Virus record (IMG/VR): IMGVR_UViG_3300031587_000158
DNA from: an uncultured virus (IMG/VR IMGVR_UViG_3300031587_000158)
Lineage: Duplodnaviria; Heunggongvirae; Uroviricota; Caudoviricetes
Reading direction: 5' to 3' (one strand)
Length of the DNA: 64,000 bases
Under the pieces are notes generated by a model. It was given only the letters and a program-made list of their open reading frames with translations. It had not been told where the DNA came from and did no database searches. Shown here piece after piece: positions 49,401 through 59,121 of this stretch. The position numbers and the translations under genes were made by a program. Position 1 is the stretch's first letter. Every line of letters starts with the position of its first letter.

Positions 49401-49919
49401 ATGCCACTGTATGTAGCCAAGGACCTGATAGATGAGTTGTTCAGAGGTAAGAAGAGAAAGATTTTAAGAGATCTACGTATATTAGGTGAGATACTTGTTG
49501 AATACAAGTGGCCTTCTGAATGGGGTATGGGAAACTTTTTGCTTGGACTTACCGTAGCGATATATCGGGATTTTACTAAAAAATCAGTGGATGGGGGTTA
49601 TGTCTATTCCAAGCTTGAGACTTTGAAGCATGATGTTGAAGGAATAACTATTGGTGATATGAAGGAATTAGTGGAATACAGAACCCGTGAGTATATCACA
49701 AATATGAGAGAGTTCATCAAGCTTAATAGAATCCTCTATGAAATAATCACGCGATACGATTTTGGTCCACATGAGGATAGGAAAGAGGTTATGCTCAAGG
49801 TGCTGGATACCCAGAGGGACATCGCAAGTTTCAGTCTCGACGAGATGAATAGGGCAATGTTATTAGAAAGTGTTTTGGAATTGGAAAAAGTTGTGGATAG
49901 GTGGTTTGAGAGAGGATAA
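49401..49919 (+). CDS. Helical hypothetical protein with shared tag (AKDLIDELFRGKKRK)
   Basis: 172-aa ORF. Confidence 0.75.
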   Translation: MPLYVAKDLIDELFRGKKRKILRDLRILGEILVEYKWPSEWGMGNFLLGLTVAIYRDFTKKSVDGGYVYSKLETLKHDVEGITIGDMKELVEYRTREYITNMREFIKLNRILYEIITRYDFGPHEDRKEVMLKVLDTQRDIASFSLDEMNRAMLLESVLELEKVVDRWFERG

Positions 49920-49949
49920 GCCATATTAAAAACTCGTTCAGATTTGTGA

Positions 49950-50055
49950 ATGAAATCTAAATCGAAAACATAATCGAATTTGAAATCGACATTGACATCG
50001 ACATCGAGTTTGAAAACATAATCAAGTTTGAAATCAAAATCGAAATCAAGATCAT
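49950..50055. repeat. Degenerate hexamer tandem array (GAAATC-like)
   Basis: About 17 units such as gaaatc/taaatc/gacatc/aaaatc between convergent genes. Confidence 0.75.
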
Positions 50056-50496
50056 TTACGTCTCGTTGTAAACTTTCTCGGTGTAGAGTATAACGGTCGC
50101 AATTAACAAGTTTATATCAACATCCTTTTCAATAGCTATACTCCTGAGATTATCCAGAACCTCATCGATAACGAGGTGCTGGGCATCCTCTGCACATCCA
50201 CATCGTGAACATTTTAAAAAAAGTATCTTCCGGCGACTTTTTTTAACTATGTCTCTAATCTTTTGTTTTAACTTATCATCGAGCAGGTCTTCCCCCTTCT
50301 GTGTTATTACTATGGGTGAAGATCTGTTAGCAAAACCCTTCCTCACCGCTTCCTCCAATACACCTTCGCCGTAAACTCGCCATAATGTGCATATTTTTAC
50401 CTCCATTCGACCTAACTTAGTAAAGTAGACATAAAGAAAACCGATGAGCGATACAAATCCACTAATGCTCCCGCTCGTTATTATCGCTTCATACAT
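50056..50496 (-). CDS. Membrane protein with N-terminal transmembrane helix
   Basis: ISGFVSLIGFLYVYF followed by a soluble helical region. Confidence 0.7.
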   Translation of the reverse strand: MYEAIITSGSISGFVSLIGFLYVYFTKLGRMEVKICTLWRVYGEGVLEEAVRKGFANRSSPIVITQKGEDLLDDKLKQKIRDIVKKSRRKILFLKCSRCGCAEDAQHLVIDEVLDNLRSIAIEKDVDINLLIATVILYTEKVYNET

Positions 50497-50544
50497 CTCT
50501 AATTAATAAGTTTTATTTTTATTTAAACTTACCTAAATATTATT

Positions 50545-51525
50545 ATGCAGAAGCTACCGAAAATATTTGTTGCGGATATATTCGAGGGCGACTTAAATAC
50601 AGCGAATGGGTTAGTAAAATTAGATGCCAACGCAAAGATACCAAAAGTACAAATTCCGATTTCTGCACTTGATTACGGGCTATCGTTTTATGGTGAAGTA
50701 ACAGAAGTTGTAGACGAAACACACTTCAAATCCGATGATTTAAAAGGACTTAATGATAACTTCTTCAGATATTATTCTGTTTATGTAGTGCGAGATGCTG
50801 CTGGTGGCGGTGCGGCACCTCAAAAAGAGCGACAACCTGTTAGTGCTTACACCTCATCTGATGGAACATTTACGCATACAGCATTCACAACACCTCTAGC
50901 AGTTGGTGATGAAGTCCTAATTTTACAACCGTACGCTGGAGAGTATATTGATAAGATATACAGTAACTTAGGTGATTTTGCTGGTCAGACAAACCTTAAA
51001 ACGCTATTAGCAGTTCTCGGCTCTGGATGGGATACAGCAAACAAAAATATGTACACGCTTCTTATCACCGATCTATTAAGTCACGCAAGTCATGGATTAG
51101 TGGCTTTAAAAGTTCTACTAGATAATATTGAATCAAAGTTAGACACAATCAAAGGTTCCATTGGTATATTCTATGAACAAGCTGATGTAGCAGTCAATGT
51201 AAATGCAACAATAGGTGGTGAAACCAATGTGCTCAATTTAGCGGTAGCGAATACGAGATATATTGTAAGACATCTCAGGTTAAAGTGTGTAGATCCAGGT
51301 GTAAATCAAGTCTTAGTCAGACTTTACGAACTTATCAATAACGTTCTAACAAACGTTGATACATGGATAATAGACAATACGAATTTTGGGACATACTTCA
51401 GCCTGATGGATATGTTCGGAGTGCCATATCTTGCTGGTGATCAGCTACAAATAACCGTTCAAGCTTCGGGAGGTGGACCATACGCAGTTACCGGTCAGTA
51501 CAGTTTTGCAAAGACAAATGTGTAA
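50545..51525 (+). CDS. Putative virion fibre/spike protein
   Basis: ANGLVKLDANAKIP (fibre-type motif), a beta domain, a helical stalk and a C-terminal beta-sandwich. Confidence 0.65.
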   Translation: MQKLPKIFVADIFEGDLNTANGLVKLDANAKIPKVQIPISALDYGLSFYGEVTEVVDETHFKSDDLKGLNDNFFRYYSVYVVRDAAGGGAAPQKERQPVSAYTSSDGTFTHTAFTTPLAVGDEVLILQPYAGEYIDKIYSNLGDFAGQTNLKTLLAVLGSGWDTANKNMYTLLITDLLSHASHGLVALKVLLDNIESKLDTIKGSIGIFYEQADVAVNVNATIGGETNVLNLAVANTRYIVRHLRLKCVDPGVNQVLVRLYELINNVLTNVDTWIIDNTNFGTYFSLMDMFGVPYLAGDQLQITVQASGGGPYAVTGQYSFAKTNV

Positions 51526-51557
51526 GGGGTAAATAAAAAATAAAGGGGTAAAAAAGT

Positions 51558-51968
51558 ATGGGCTGGAACGATCAACTTCCGAGAGAAAGGAAAAAGGTTC
51601 TGGACCTTAATCAGGCAGCAGGAAACTATCCCCTATTTCAAGCGGTGGGGGATGTTCTGATAGAGGGGCTAGTCATAATGATGCCCAATGTAGCAGCCGG
51701 TGGTGCACTAACATCAATAGCTATTCGAACGAATACAGCCACACCACAGTATTTCCTGACAGCCGCTGATGGTGCTGTAGCTAATCTCACAGCACTGGCG
51801 CAATTAGCGTGGGCTTCATACGGAGCAACGGTAATTCTTCTCGATGCTAACCAGATATGGTTAATTCTAGCCGGTGGTCCTACTGGTGTTGGATATCTTA
51901 CAACAACAGTAGTTAAATACCGACCTTTGACTCCAGGAGCTTATTTGATAATAGATGGAATGGACTAA
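51558..51968 (+). CDS. Putative structural beta-sandwich protein
   Basis: Ala/Gly/Thr-rich; ends YRPLTPGAYL. Confidence 0.6.
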   Translation: MGWNDQLPRERKKVLDLNQAAGNYPLFQAVGDVLIEGLVIMMPNVAAGGALTSIAIRTNTATPQYFLTAADGAVANLTALAQLAWASYGATVILLDANQIWLILAGGPTGVGYLTTTVVKYRPLTPGAYLIIDGMD

Positions 51969-51995
51969 ATAGAGGAAATCAGGAGGATATGAGAC

Positions 51996-52532
51996 ATGAT
52001 CAACCTACAGAATGGTGTACTAAGTGGGTTAGGAATTTTTGAGGAATTTACGCTTTATATAACGGCTGACGACTTAGCAGCAGAAATTACCGGTGATGGC
52101 ACAACTCGATATACAGCGGAAAGCTCAAAAGCTAATTACAGTGAAGTAGAGGCAGAAGCTAATCCCGCATGGCACCCCGATATATACATAAATATTCCTT
52201 TTGAAGTCGATATTTTAGATTTATACGCGGAATTATATTGGGCACAGAAGGCCACTGGGGGAGAAACTATGTCGTATGCAAAATGGCAGATTACTGGAGA
52301 TGGAGGTTCGACATGGGTTGATATAACTGATAATGTAGAAGAAGGGGGTGCTGTTTATGTTGATAAGACAAGAAAGGGAACAACTTTGGCTTTAAAAACA
52401 ATACAGGGAGGATCAGGTCGATTTGCCATTCGACTTTGTACATGGATTGTTGACGGGGATACAGTGGAGGTAAAAGTTCGAGAAGACACGTATTTGAAAT
52501 TAGTGGTGAGAAAAAATGTGATGCCAGCGTAA
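51996..52532 (+). CDS. Putative structural beta-sandwich protein
   Basis: Beta-rich, contains KWQITGDGGSTWVDI; GGAGG RBS. Confidence 0.6.
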   Translation: MINLQNGVLSGLGIFEEFTLYITADDLAAEITGDGTTRYTAESSKANYSEVEAEANPAWHPDIYINIPFEVDILDLYAELYWAQKATGGETMSYAKWQITGDGGSTWVDITDNVEEGGAVYVDKTRKGTTLALKTIQGGSGRFAIRLCTWIVDGDTVEVKVREDTYLKLVVRKNVMPA

Positions 52533-52634
52533 TGGAGTACTTAAAATTAGCGATAAGAAGGAAGTAAATTAAAAGGTGACTACTACGATAGAGCGTTTCA
52601 AGTAATAGTGTGCTTATGGATAATAGGTGGTAAA

Positions 52635-53516
52635 ATGCTTGACCAATATCTTAACCATATAAAAGGCGGTAAAGCCGGGGGTCTTAGAACAAATAGTATA
52701 AGGAATTATGAATTCTTCTTGAAGAAATTTGACGAATGGATGCGAGAAACGAGAGGTTTGGCTATAACCGATTTTATAATTTCAGATGTAGAAGCTTTTG
52801 CAGAAGAACAGGGGAATTGGAGTCCAAAGACAAAAAATCAGTTCTATGTGATAATAAAAGGGTTCGCAAAATACCTTAAGAGTAGACTTCCTCGAGATAT
52901 GCCGATGGCTGAATATATACGAAGAAGAGATGAGCTTGATGCAGTCTCCGATCTAGTGCGTTATAGGGTGGTGGAGAATATCAAAAAAAGTGCCCCCTCG
53001 AGATCTGAATTTTTCCACATACTCGATGAGAGTAAAGACATTTTCAGAGATTTTTCATTCATTTACCTTAGTGGCTATTTTGGGACAAGAAAAGGGGAAC
53101 TCTTATCGCTCAGGCTAAAAGATATTAACTTTAAGGATCGTGTAATAAACCTAAAGGGAGAGAAGACAAGAACGGGAGTTGGGAGATTGCTGTTCTTTAA
53201 TGATTTTACCGAAAAAGTTATCAAGAGATGCCTAAAATATTATTCAGGCGAGAGGCTACTACCCATTGGTTTATGTACGTGTAATGAGATATGTGATAGT
53301 TATAGAAATCTCGTAGAAGGTGGTATCTTCACACCTCACTCGCTTCGAAGGACATTTATTACTGAGATGCGGAAGGAAACTAATGACGATATTCTTGTTA
53401 AATTTCTAGCGGGGCACAGCGTTAAAGGTGATATGACAGCCCTTTACAGTCAGCGAATGGATGATATGAGGATAGCTATGACTGAGAAACATTACCTGCG
53501 TGATTGGAGGGGGTAG
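52635..53516 (+). CDS. Tyrosine recombinase/integrase (XerA/XerC-like)
   Basis: N-terminal SAM-like domain; GTRKGEL (R), KT (K), HSLRR (HxxR), LAGH, and Y in ALYS. Confidence 0.92.
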   Translation: MLDQYLNHIKGGKAGGLRTNSIRNYEFFLKKFDEWMRETRGLAITDFIISDVEAFAEEQGNWSPKTKNQFYVIIKGFAKYLKSRLPRDMPMAEYIRRRDELDAVSDLVRYRVVENIKKSAPSRSEFFHILDESKDIFRDFSFIYLSGYFGTRKGELLSLRLKDINFKDRVINLKGEKTRTGVGRLLFFNDFTEKVIKRCLKYYSGERLLPIGLCTCNEICDSYRNLVEGGIFTPHSLRRTFITEMRKETNDDILVKFLAGHSVKGDMTALYSQRMDDMRIAMTEKHYLRDWRG

Positions 53517-53521
53517 TAGAA

Positions 53522-53896
53522 ATGGGGGGAAAGGGTTCCGGGAGACCAAAAGGGAGCAGCTCCACCTCTAAATGGATTAGAGATATTCTAAGTGATGGAA
53601 AACCTCATTATGGTTTCGAGATATATACCCATGTGAAGGAGAAGTCTCAAGATACTTGGTATGCCAAAAACCCCACGTACTCTTCAGTTGTGCACTTATT
53701 AAGGGGCCTTCGCTATCTAGGTCTTATCTTCAAACTTACAGTCGAAGAGGTTAGAAGCTTAGGTCTTGATATAACTCCTGATTACCCTAATAAAGGTGGT
53801 GGAAGTATAAAAGGGCTACATGCAAGGACTTATTTTAAGATAAATCCTAATAGGAAGGGAGATAAAGAGTGGGAGAATCCTGATGCTTATTTTTAA
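53522..53896 (+). CDS. Winged-helix (PadR-like) DNA-binding protein
   Basis: GSGRPKG AT-hook-like start; PHYGFEIY...PTYSSV..LL..L..LGLI; RTYF.I. Confidence 0.7.
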   Translation: MGGKGSGRPKGSSSTSKWIRDILSDGKPHYGFEIYTHVKEKSQDTWYAKNPTYSSVVHLLRGLRYLGLIFKLTVEEVRSLGLDITPDYPNKGGGSIKGLHARTYFKINPNRKGDKEWENPDAYF

Positions 53897-53990
53897 ATTT
53901 TTTAATTTTTTAAAATTTTTTAATTTTTTAAAATACAACTTGTATTTTAAAAATATTTAAGTTATATTAAATTTATAAATTAGAATAAAA
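53888..53990. repeat. Extremely AT-rich tract with a perfect 14-bp-arm palindrome (53925-53953)
   Basis: TTTTTAAAATACAA-C-TTGTATTTTAAAAA, preceded by T5-6/A2-4 runs. Confidence 0.85.
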
Positions 53991-54182
53991 GCAAAAAATG
54001 GAGCAGCTAAATCAAAATAGAAAGGCTTTTAAATATAGGGCACTACTGTATTTTATAACCACCATGACAACAAAGCAAAGCAGGCAGGTAAAAAGGCATC
54101 ACTTAGGGGGCTTTATTTTCAATTTAGGGCATGGTGGCAGCCCGCTTAAAGGGGGCTTTAAAAAACTTAGGAGGTGATAACA

Positions 54183-54467
54183 ATGGAAGTAATTGACATA
54201 GAGACAGATGGAAGAGGGGCAGGCAAATACAATGAGTCAAAGCTCGTTGAGGCAGTCAAGAAGGCACTGAAGGAAGGAGAGAAGACAGGAAAGATGGGAG
54301 GCTATCGCCTAAAGACTTTTATCAAAGAAGTCTATGTAGGGGAAAAGGCAAATCTCGGCGCGTTGAGGAAGAAGGTGCAAGAGATAGGTTGGAAGCACAA
54401 CCTCGGCGATATAAAAGTCACAATAAGGGAAAAGGATGACCTTATCGGCTTCTCAGTGAAGAAATAA
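54183..54467 (+). CDS. Small basic putative DNA-binding protein
   Basis: GGAGGTGA RBS, Lys-rich, followed by a long poly-T tract. Confidence 0.7.
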   Translation: MEVIDIETDGRGAGKYNESKLVEAVKKALKEGEKTGKMGGYRLKTFIKEVYVGEKANLGALRKKVQEIGWKHNLGDIKVTIREKDDLIGFSVKK

Positions 54468-54477
54468 GGAATAAAAG

Positions 54478-54500
54478 GTTTTTTTTTTCTTCTTTTTTTG
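54478..54500 (+). terminator. Archaeal oligo-T terminator
   Basis: T10-CTTC-T7 run just after the stop codon. Confidence 0.65.
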
Positions 54501-54511
54501 GAGAAAAGGAA

Positions 54512-54808
54512 ATGAGCGAAGTAATAATAATAGACGACGAAGTAAAACATACTTTAAAGGGATTCCGCAATAATACAAAACAGCGAATCTACGAGTTTTA
54601 TAAGTATCTCCAAAGTATCCAACATAATCAATATTGGCGATATACTATCTCTGAGAGTGACCTTATGCAACTCCTCGATTTCTACGACTTGGAAAAGCTA
54701 CTAATCTACTTGCGAGAAGTCGCTAAGAAAGCAGTGAAGACAGAAGGGTATTTTGTCATAAAACATTACCGGAAGAAACGCAAAATCATGTTTATTTCTT
54801 ATAAATAA
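54512..54808 (+). CDS. Hypothetical protein
   Basis: 98-aa ORF. Confidence 0.6.
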   Translation: MSEVIIIDDEVKHTLKGFRNNTKQRIYEFYKYLQSIQHNQYWRYTISESDLMQLLDFYDLEKLLIYLREVAKKAVKTEGYFVIKHYRKKRKIMFISYK

Positions 54809-54809
54809 T

Positions 54810-55390
54810 TGAGCGCAAGACATAGTGCTATAATGAGGTGCAAGTCCTCACTTGTGCATAGTTCCCGAATGGGACGGGTGTTTTAGCCCCGATGACCGAG
54901 TTACTAGTTTATTTATTGAGAGGGGTTAGCACCCAAAAGATTACTACTATGAATTCCCCGAGTTAGTGCCGTCGGGGAATGAGTGGAAGCCCTCTTTCTT
55001 ATAACCCCCTCTTTTTCGGGCTTTTTGTTCGGTATCTTGTCAGTGATTAAAGAGGCAGAGATGAAAAGAGTTACAAGACCGAAGAAGAGTGGTAAGTTTT
55101 CATTCTCATCAGCGTTAGTTTGAAAGGGGCACGCTGGTGTGAGAAAGGGTGTGGAGACCTGCATGATTTTAAAGGTGTGAGTTCACACTATGCAGGTTTT
55201 AGTGATATTCTTCATAAATCAAGTCGCCTTAATAGTTCTCTTAGGGGGAGCGAACGGGTGCAATGAGGAAATTCTACGCCCTTTAGTATAGTAGTTTTGG
55301 GGAGCCCTCTAACCCTGTGATAGTTGTGAGACTTGAGGGAATGATGGGGGATTTTTAGGTGGTGTCGGGTGCAACTCCCGCACTACCTTT
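54810..55390 (+). ncRNA. Candidate structured non-coding RNA bounded by tRNA-like minihelices
   Basis: No convincing ORF; multiple complementary stems; T-loop hairpins at 54813-54858 and 55357-55388. Confidence 0.5.
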
Positions 55391-55595
55391 CAGTTAAGGT
55401 GAGGAAGGTAAGCTATGAACCAAAAGAAAAATGAATGCCCTTATGAAGAGGACCACAGAGAAGAAGAAGAAAAAGCCAAAGAAGAACTGTACGTGCGGGG
55501 TTTAGTCAGTGGGTATGTTTTTCTTCCACCGAGAGTTGAGAAGAAGAAATCTGAAGCGTGAATAATTAGAGCAGCTTTCTGAGGTTTGAAAAGAA

Positions 55596-55814
55596 ATGAA
55601 CCCAGAAAATGTAAAAACAGGGGTTATAGTTGATGTCATCAACGGTGGTAGTGATGTCACAGTGGTATGCAAATCTGAAAACGGTGGTGAACTCTTCACA
55701 ATTGAATTTGACAGACCTTCGTTCAAGGAGTTCCACGATGCAATAGAGCAGCCACTTGGAAAGAGGATAGCGTATGATGGTGAGGATATTACGATTTTAG
55801 GGATAGGAAGTTAG
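55596..55814 (+). CDS. Hypothetical protein
   Basis: 72-aa ORF in the small-gene array. Confidence 0.6.
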   Translation: MNPENVKTGVIVDVINGGSDVTVVCKSENGGELFTIEFDRPSFKEFHDAIEQPLGKRIAYDGEDITILGIGS

Positions 55815-55833
55815 AAGGAGGGATTAATAAGAA

Positions 55834-56013
55834 ATGCCTAAGTTCATAGTTGAAGTTCGAGAAGTGTGGGTACAACCCGTAGAGATTGAGGCTGAGACTG
55901 AAGAGGAAGCTATAAAACGCGTGGCTGATGCAGAAGGAGACTGGGATGGCCAAGCTGAATATTCACATACACTCGACCCTGAGACGTGGACTATCCATAA
56001 AAAGGAGGTATAG
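55834..56013 (+). CDS. Small acidic phage-type protein (59 aa)
   Basis: Manual translation MPKFIVEVREVWVQPVEIEAETEEEAIK...; GGAGG RBS. Confidence 0.7.
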   Translation: MPKFIVEVREVWVQPVEIEAETEEEAIKRVADAEGDWDGQAEYSHTLDPETWTIHKKEV

Positions 56014-56479
56014 GGAGTTAGAAGAGACTATGGACAAGTGGATGGTTCGGTTGGAAATTGTAGTGATGGGAGAAAATAGAGAGAAAGCGTGGAAAACCGC
56101 GAGAAGAGTATGCGATGTAATACTTGATTCCAATGCGAATGTCCATAGTATCCCCCAGGAACCATTACCTGATCCTGAAAAGTGGATTGCTATAAACGAA
56201 TATTGTCCACGATGTAGAACAAAGATCAGAGAAGGTATTTGTCCGAAATGTAAATTTAAATGGTGAAAATTAGGAGGTAAATAAATGGGACGATATTGTG
56301 TAACAGGCGTACAATTAGGGATACTTCTTGCTTACCTTGAACTAGGCAAGAATGAAGAGGCAACAGCACTGATTGACAAGATAATTGACAAACAGTATAT
56401 AGGTGAACCGAACAGAGAAGATATTGTTAAAGCTCTTAAAGAGACTAAACGAATTTGAGAAAACTTGGAGCCAAGAAAA

Positions 56480-56881
56480 ATGTACGCGTTATCGAAAAAA
56501 GCTGGTATAGTATTAGACGAACTAACAAAGGACCTGAACGAATTGAGCGCACATAAAAAGGTAGACAATGCTAAAGGTGCGTTTATGGCAGTATCAGTGG
56601 AAAGGGTAGAAGAAACTGATTGGGGACCAGTCTTCTCAGTAGCTCATTACTACGAGCAGAATGGTGATTTAATGCGAGATCCTGAGATGTGCTTCCTTCG
56701 AGGTTGCGATGGACTGTATTATCCAACCTACTTCCGACAGGATGGAGGTTTGGCAATGGAGGAGAACTCGGTGGTCATAGAGAACGGGAAAGTCAAAGGG
56801 TTTAAACCTGTCATGCAGTATAAGCAGAGCAAGTTTGCGAATATGTGGATGAAAAATATCAAAGAGCAGCAAGGTTTATAG
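56480..56881 (+). CDS. DUF6908-like mobile-element protein
   Basis: SVAHYYEQNGDLMRDPEM.F and W..NIKEQ motifs. Confidence 0.75.
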   Translation: MYALSKKAGIVLDELTKDLNELSAHKKVDNAKGAFMAVSVERVEETDWGPVFSVAHYYEQNGDLMRDPEMCFLRGCDGLYYPTYFRQDGGLAMEENSVVIENGKVKGFKPVMQYKQSKFANMWMKNIKEQQGL

Positions 56882-56926
56882 GCGTATGGCGTACTACCAT
56901 AAAAAAAGTAGTTGGAGGTAACAAAA

Positions 56927-59121
56927 ATGGTCTTTGATGTTGGTTATGCAGTAAAGTTTGGTTCTCAATTAGAGAAACAAGAAATTATCGACACACTCAG
57001 GATAGTCGTTTATATAGAAGAGGATATACGACATGTGTGGATTAAAAGTAATCGATTAACACACGAAACATTTGTCTCTATTACTGGGAAGTTAGATAAT
57101 CTCACAGATAAAGGAGTACTTCATCCTGATATAAATGCGGTCTACAGAAAGCATTTGGGCGATATTCTCAAACGAGAATCGGAGAAAACAGCAGATGTTA
57201 TAGATTGGATGAACGCCCTGAGAACTCAGATTGTGAATACTCTTGCGAAATAAAATGAGGTAGCAACAATGGGCGAGTATTTTGTCTCTTTTGGATGGAA
57301 AGTTCATGCTGTAAGTCGTGATAAAGCCGTTGAATTAGCAAAGCAGAACCTAAAGCCGTTGGCAGAACGAGAGCAAACATACTATTTGTGTGTATGGAGT
57401 AATATCCAAGAAATCTCGACTAAGATGTTGAAAAATATCGGAGCGGTTGAAGAATGGTTGAAAAAACTCGGTTTTAGAGAAGAGATGGGTGGAGGCTTTT
57501 CGATACTCGTAGAAACTAAAGAGGATGGCGAGGTTTCGATAACTGCCCAAGTGAAGTCAGCGTAAATAGTAAGTACCTGAATATGATTGTCTATTCAAAT
57601 TTTGAATGTGTATGGATCGTTTATGAAACAGAAGAAAAATCGTACCAAGCGACCGTATGGGAAGTAGAGCCCGATCTATCCCGGTATCCACGATGCCAAC
57701 TCTGTGGATCGCCAGTCGATGTATCAGGAGGACGTTTGACTAGGAAAGAAAAGAAATTGGGCCTGAGATCTGGCTGTCTACGATTTCCTGAAAATAAAGC
57801 GGAATGCTATATCTGTCCAGATGTTAGTTTGGAACCAAAGATATTTAGTCCGCAGAAAGGAGCGGGAATTATAGTGGGGGTGAAATTGGTAAAACATGAG
57901 AAAAAAGAGGGATAGTTGGGAACTGAACAAGATGCTTTATTTCGAGTTTGATGGATGGCTGTCTGCTTCACAGCGAGTGAGATTAGCATGGAGACGCTTT
58001 ATCTGCTTCCTAAGAAGGAAGCATGATATGAAATTCACCACACACTACGTCGATCAGAGCACACCAGCAACGTTTCCATGTGAAGGTGATTTCTATGTCT
58101 GCCGTAGATGCCGTATAAAAGGTGTAATCTACACCAAAATCTCCGGGATAGAGCCATAAACGATAGGAGGAGAGGGTGATGGGAAGAAAAGGTGAACGTA
58201 AAGTTAGATACTATAAAATAGTAGAAGAGTTCCCTCAATCACGTCTAAAGTTAGAGCACTATGTCAAACTGAGCGCAGGACATTCTAAAGCTGCTCTTAA
58301 AGCAGCAACAGAGGATCCAGGTCTGCATAGCTATTCTAGAAGAGAGGTCATAGACTATGGTGGAGAAGCATACACAAGTGATGTTACTGAAATTAATGAA
58401 ATAGAAGCGCAAGAAGACGAATCAGGATTTTTTGTCATAACTCGCCTTCATCGAGATGACATCATAGAAGCGTTCAAAGGCAATCCAAAAGCACAGAAAC
58501 GAGCACGAAATATGACTGATGATGAGATGAAGCAACTTGCGAGCAAAATGGCAGATGACTATTTAAATCAACTCTACTGGAGCAGTTTGCGAATAATCTT
58601 TGAAGACCGGTTTTTGGGGGAATAAAGGGGGGGAAAAGAAAATGTATGATATGATAGGTGTATTCGTGCTTGGATTACTTATCGGTTTTTCGATTAGGGA
58701 ATTATCGCTCTGGTACAAATATGGTTCTGCATACACTACAAAGTTAGATCTATACAACACAAAAGTTGGTTAGGGGAGGAATATGAGTGGAGAATTTGAT
58801 ATTACAACTTGCCCAGAAGCAATATTGTATTTCTATATCGAGACGCTAGGTGGTGTTTTATGGAGATTACGACATGATTCAGCAGATGGTCGAATTCCTA
58901 TTGATTTCAAAACTGAGCGAGAATTACAAGAGAAAATAGAGAAAGCCGTAGATCAGACTGTTCGCTTTGGTGTAACTCAACCAAGAGATAAAAATAGGGC
59001 CAGTGATGAATACTGGAAGTGGTATCGGTGGTTGAATACTTGGCATCATGGAATGAGCGATGAAGAATGGCAAGAAGTTGAGCGTAAGTCTCTCACACCC
59101 AGAGGAAGCGGCAAAACTTAG
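56927..59121 (+). other. Run of small hypothetical ORFs (about 56927, 57269, 57583, 57896, 58176, 58783)
   Basis: Co-oriented, tightly packed ORFs with RBS motifs; no recognisable families. Confidence 0.65.

Noticed and set aside
52635..53960. Provirus boundary (att site) next to the recombinase
   Set aside because: Virus-like genes continue on both sides and no tRNA or direct repeat was found, so integration cannot be shown from this window.
54813..54858. Bona fide tRNA gene
   Set aside because: It lacks D and anticodon arms, and the T-loop is TGCAAGT rather than TTCRAAT; kept only as a tRNA-like element.
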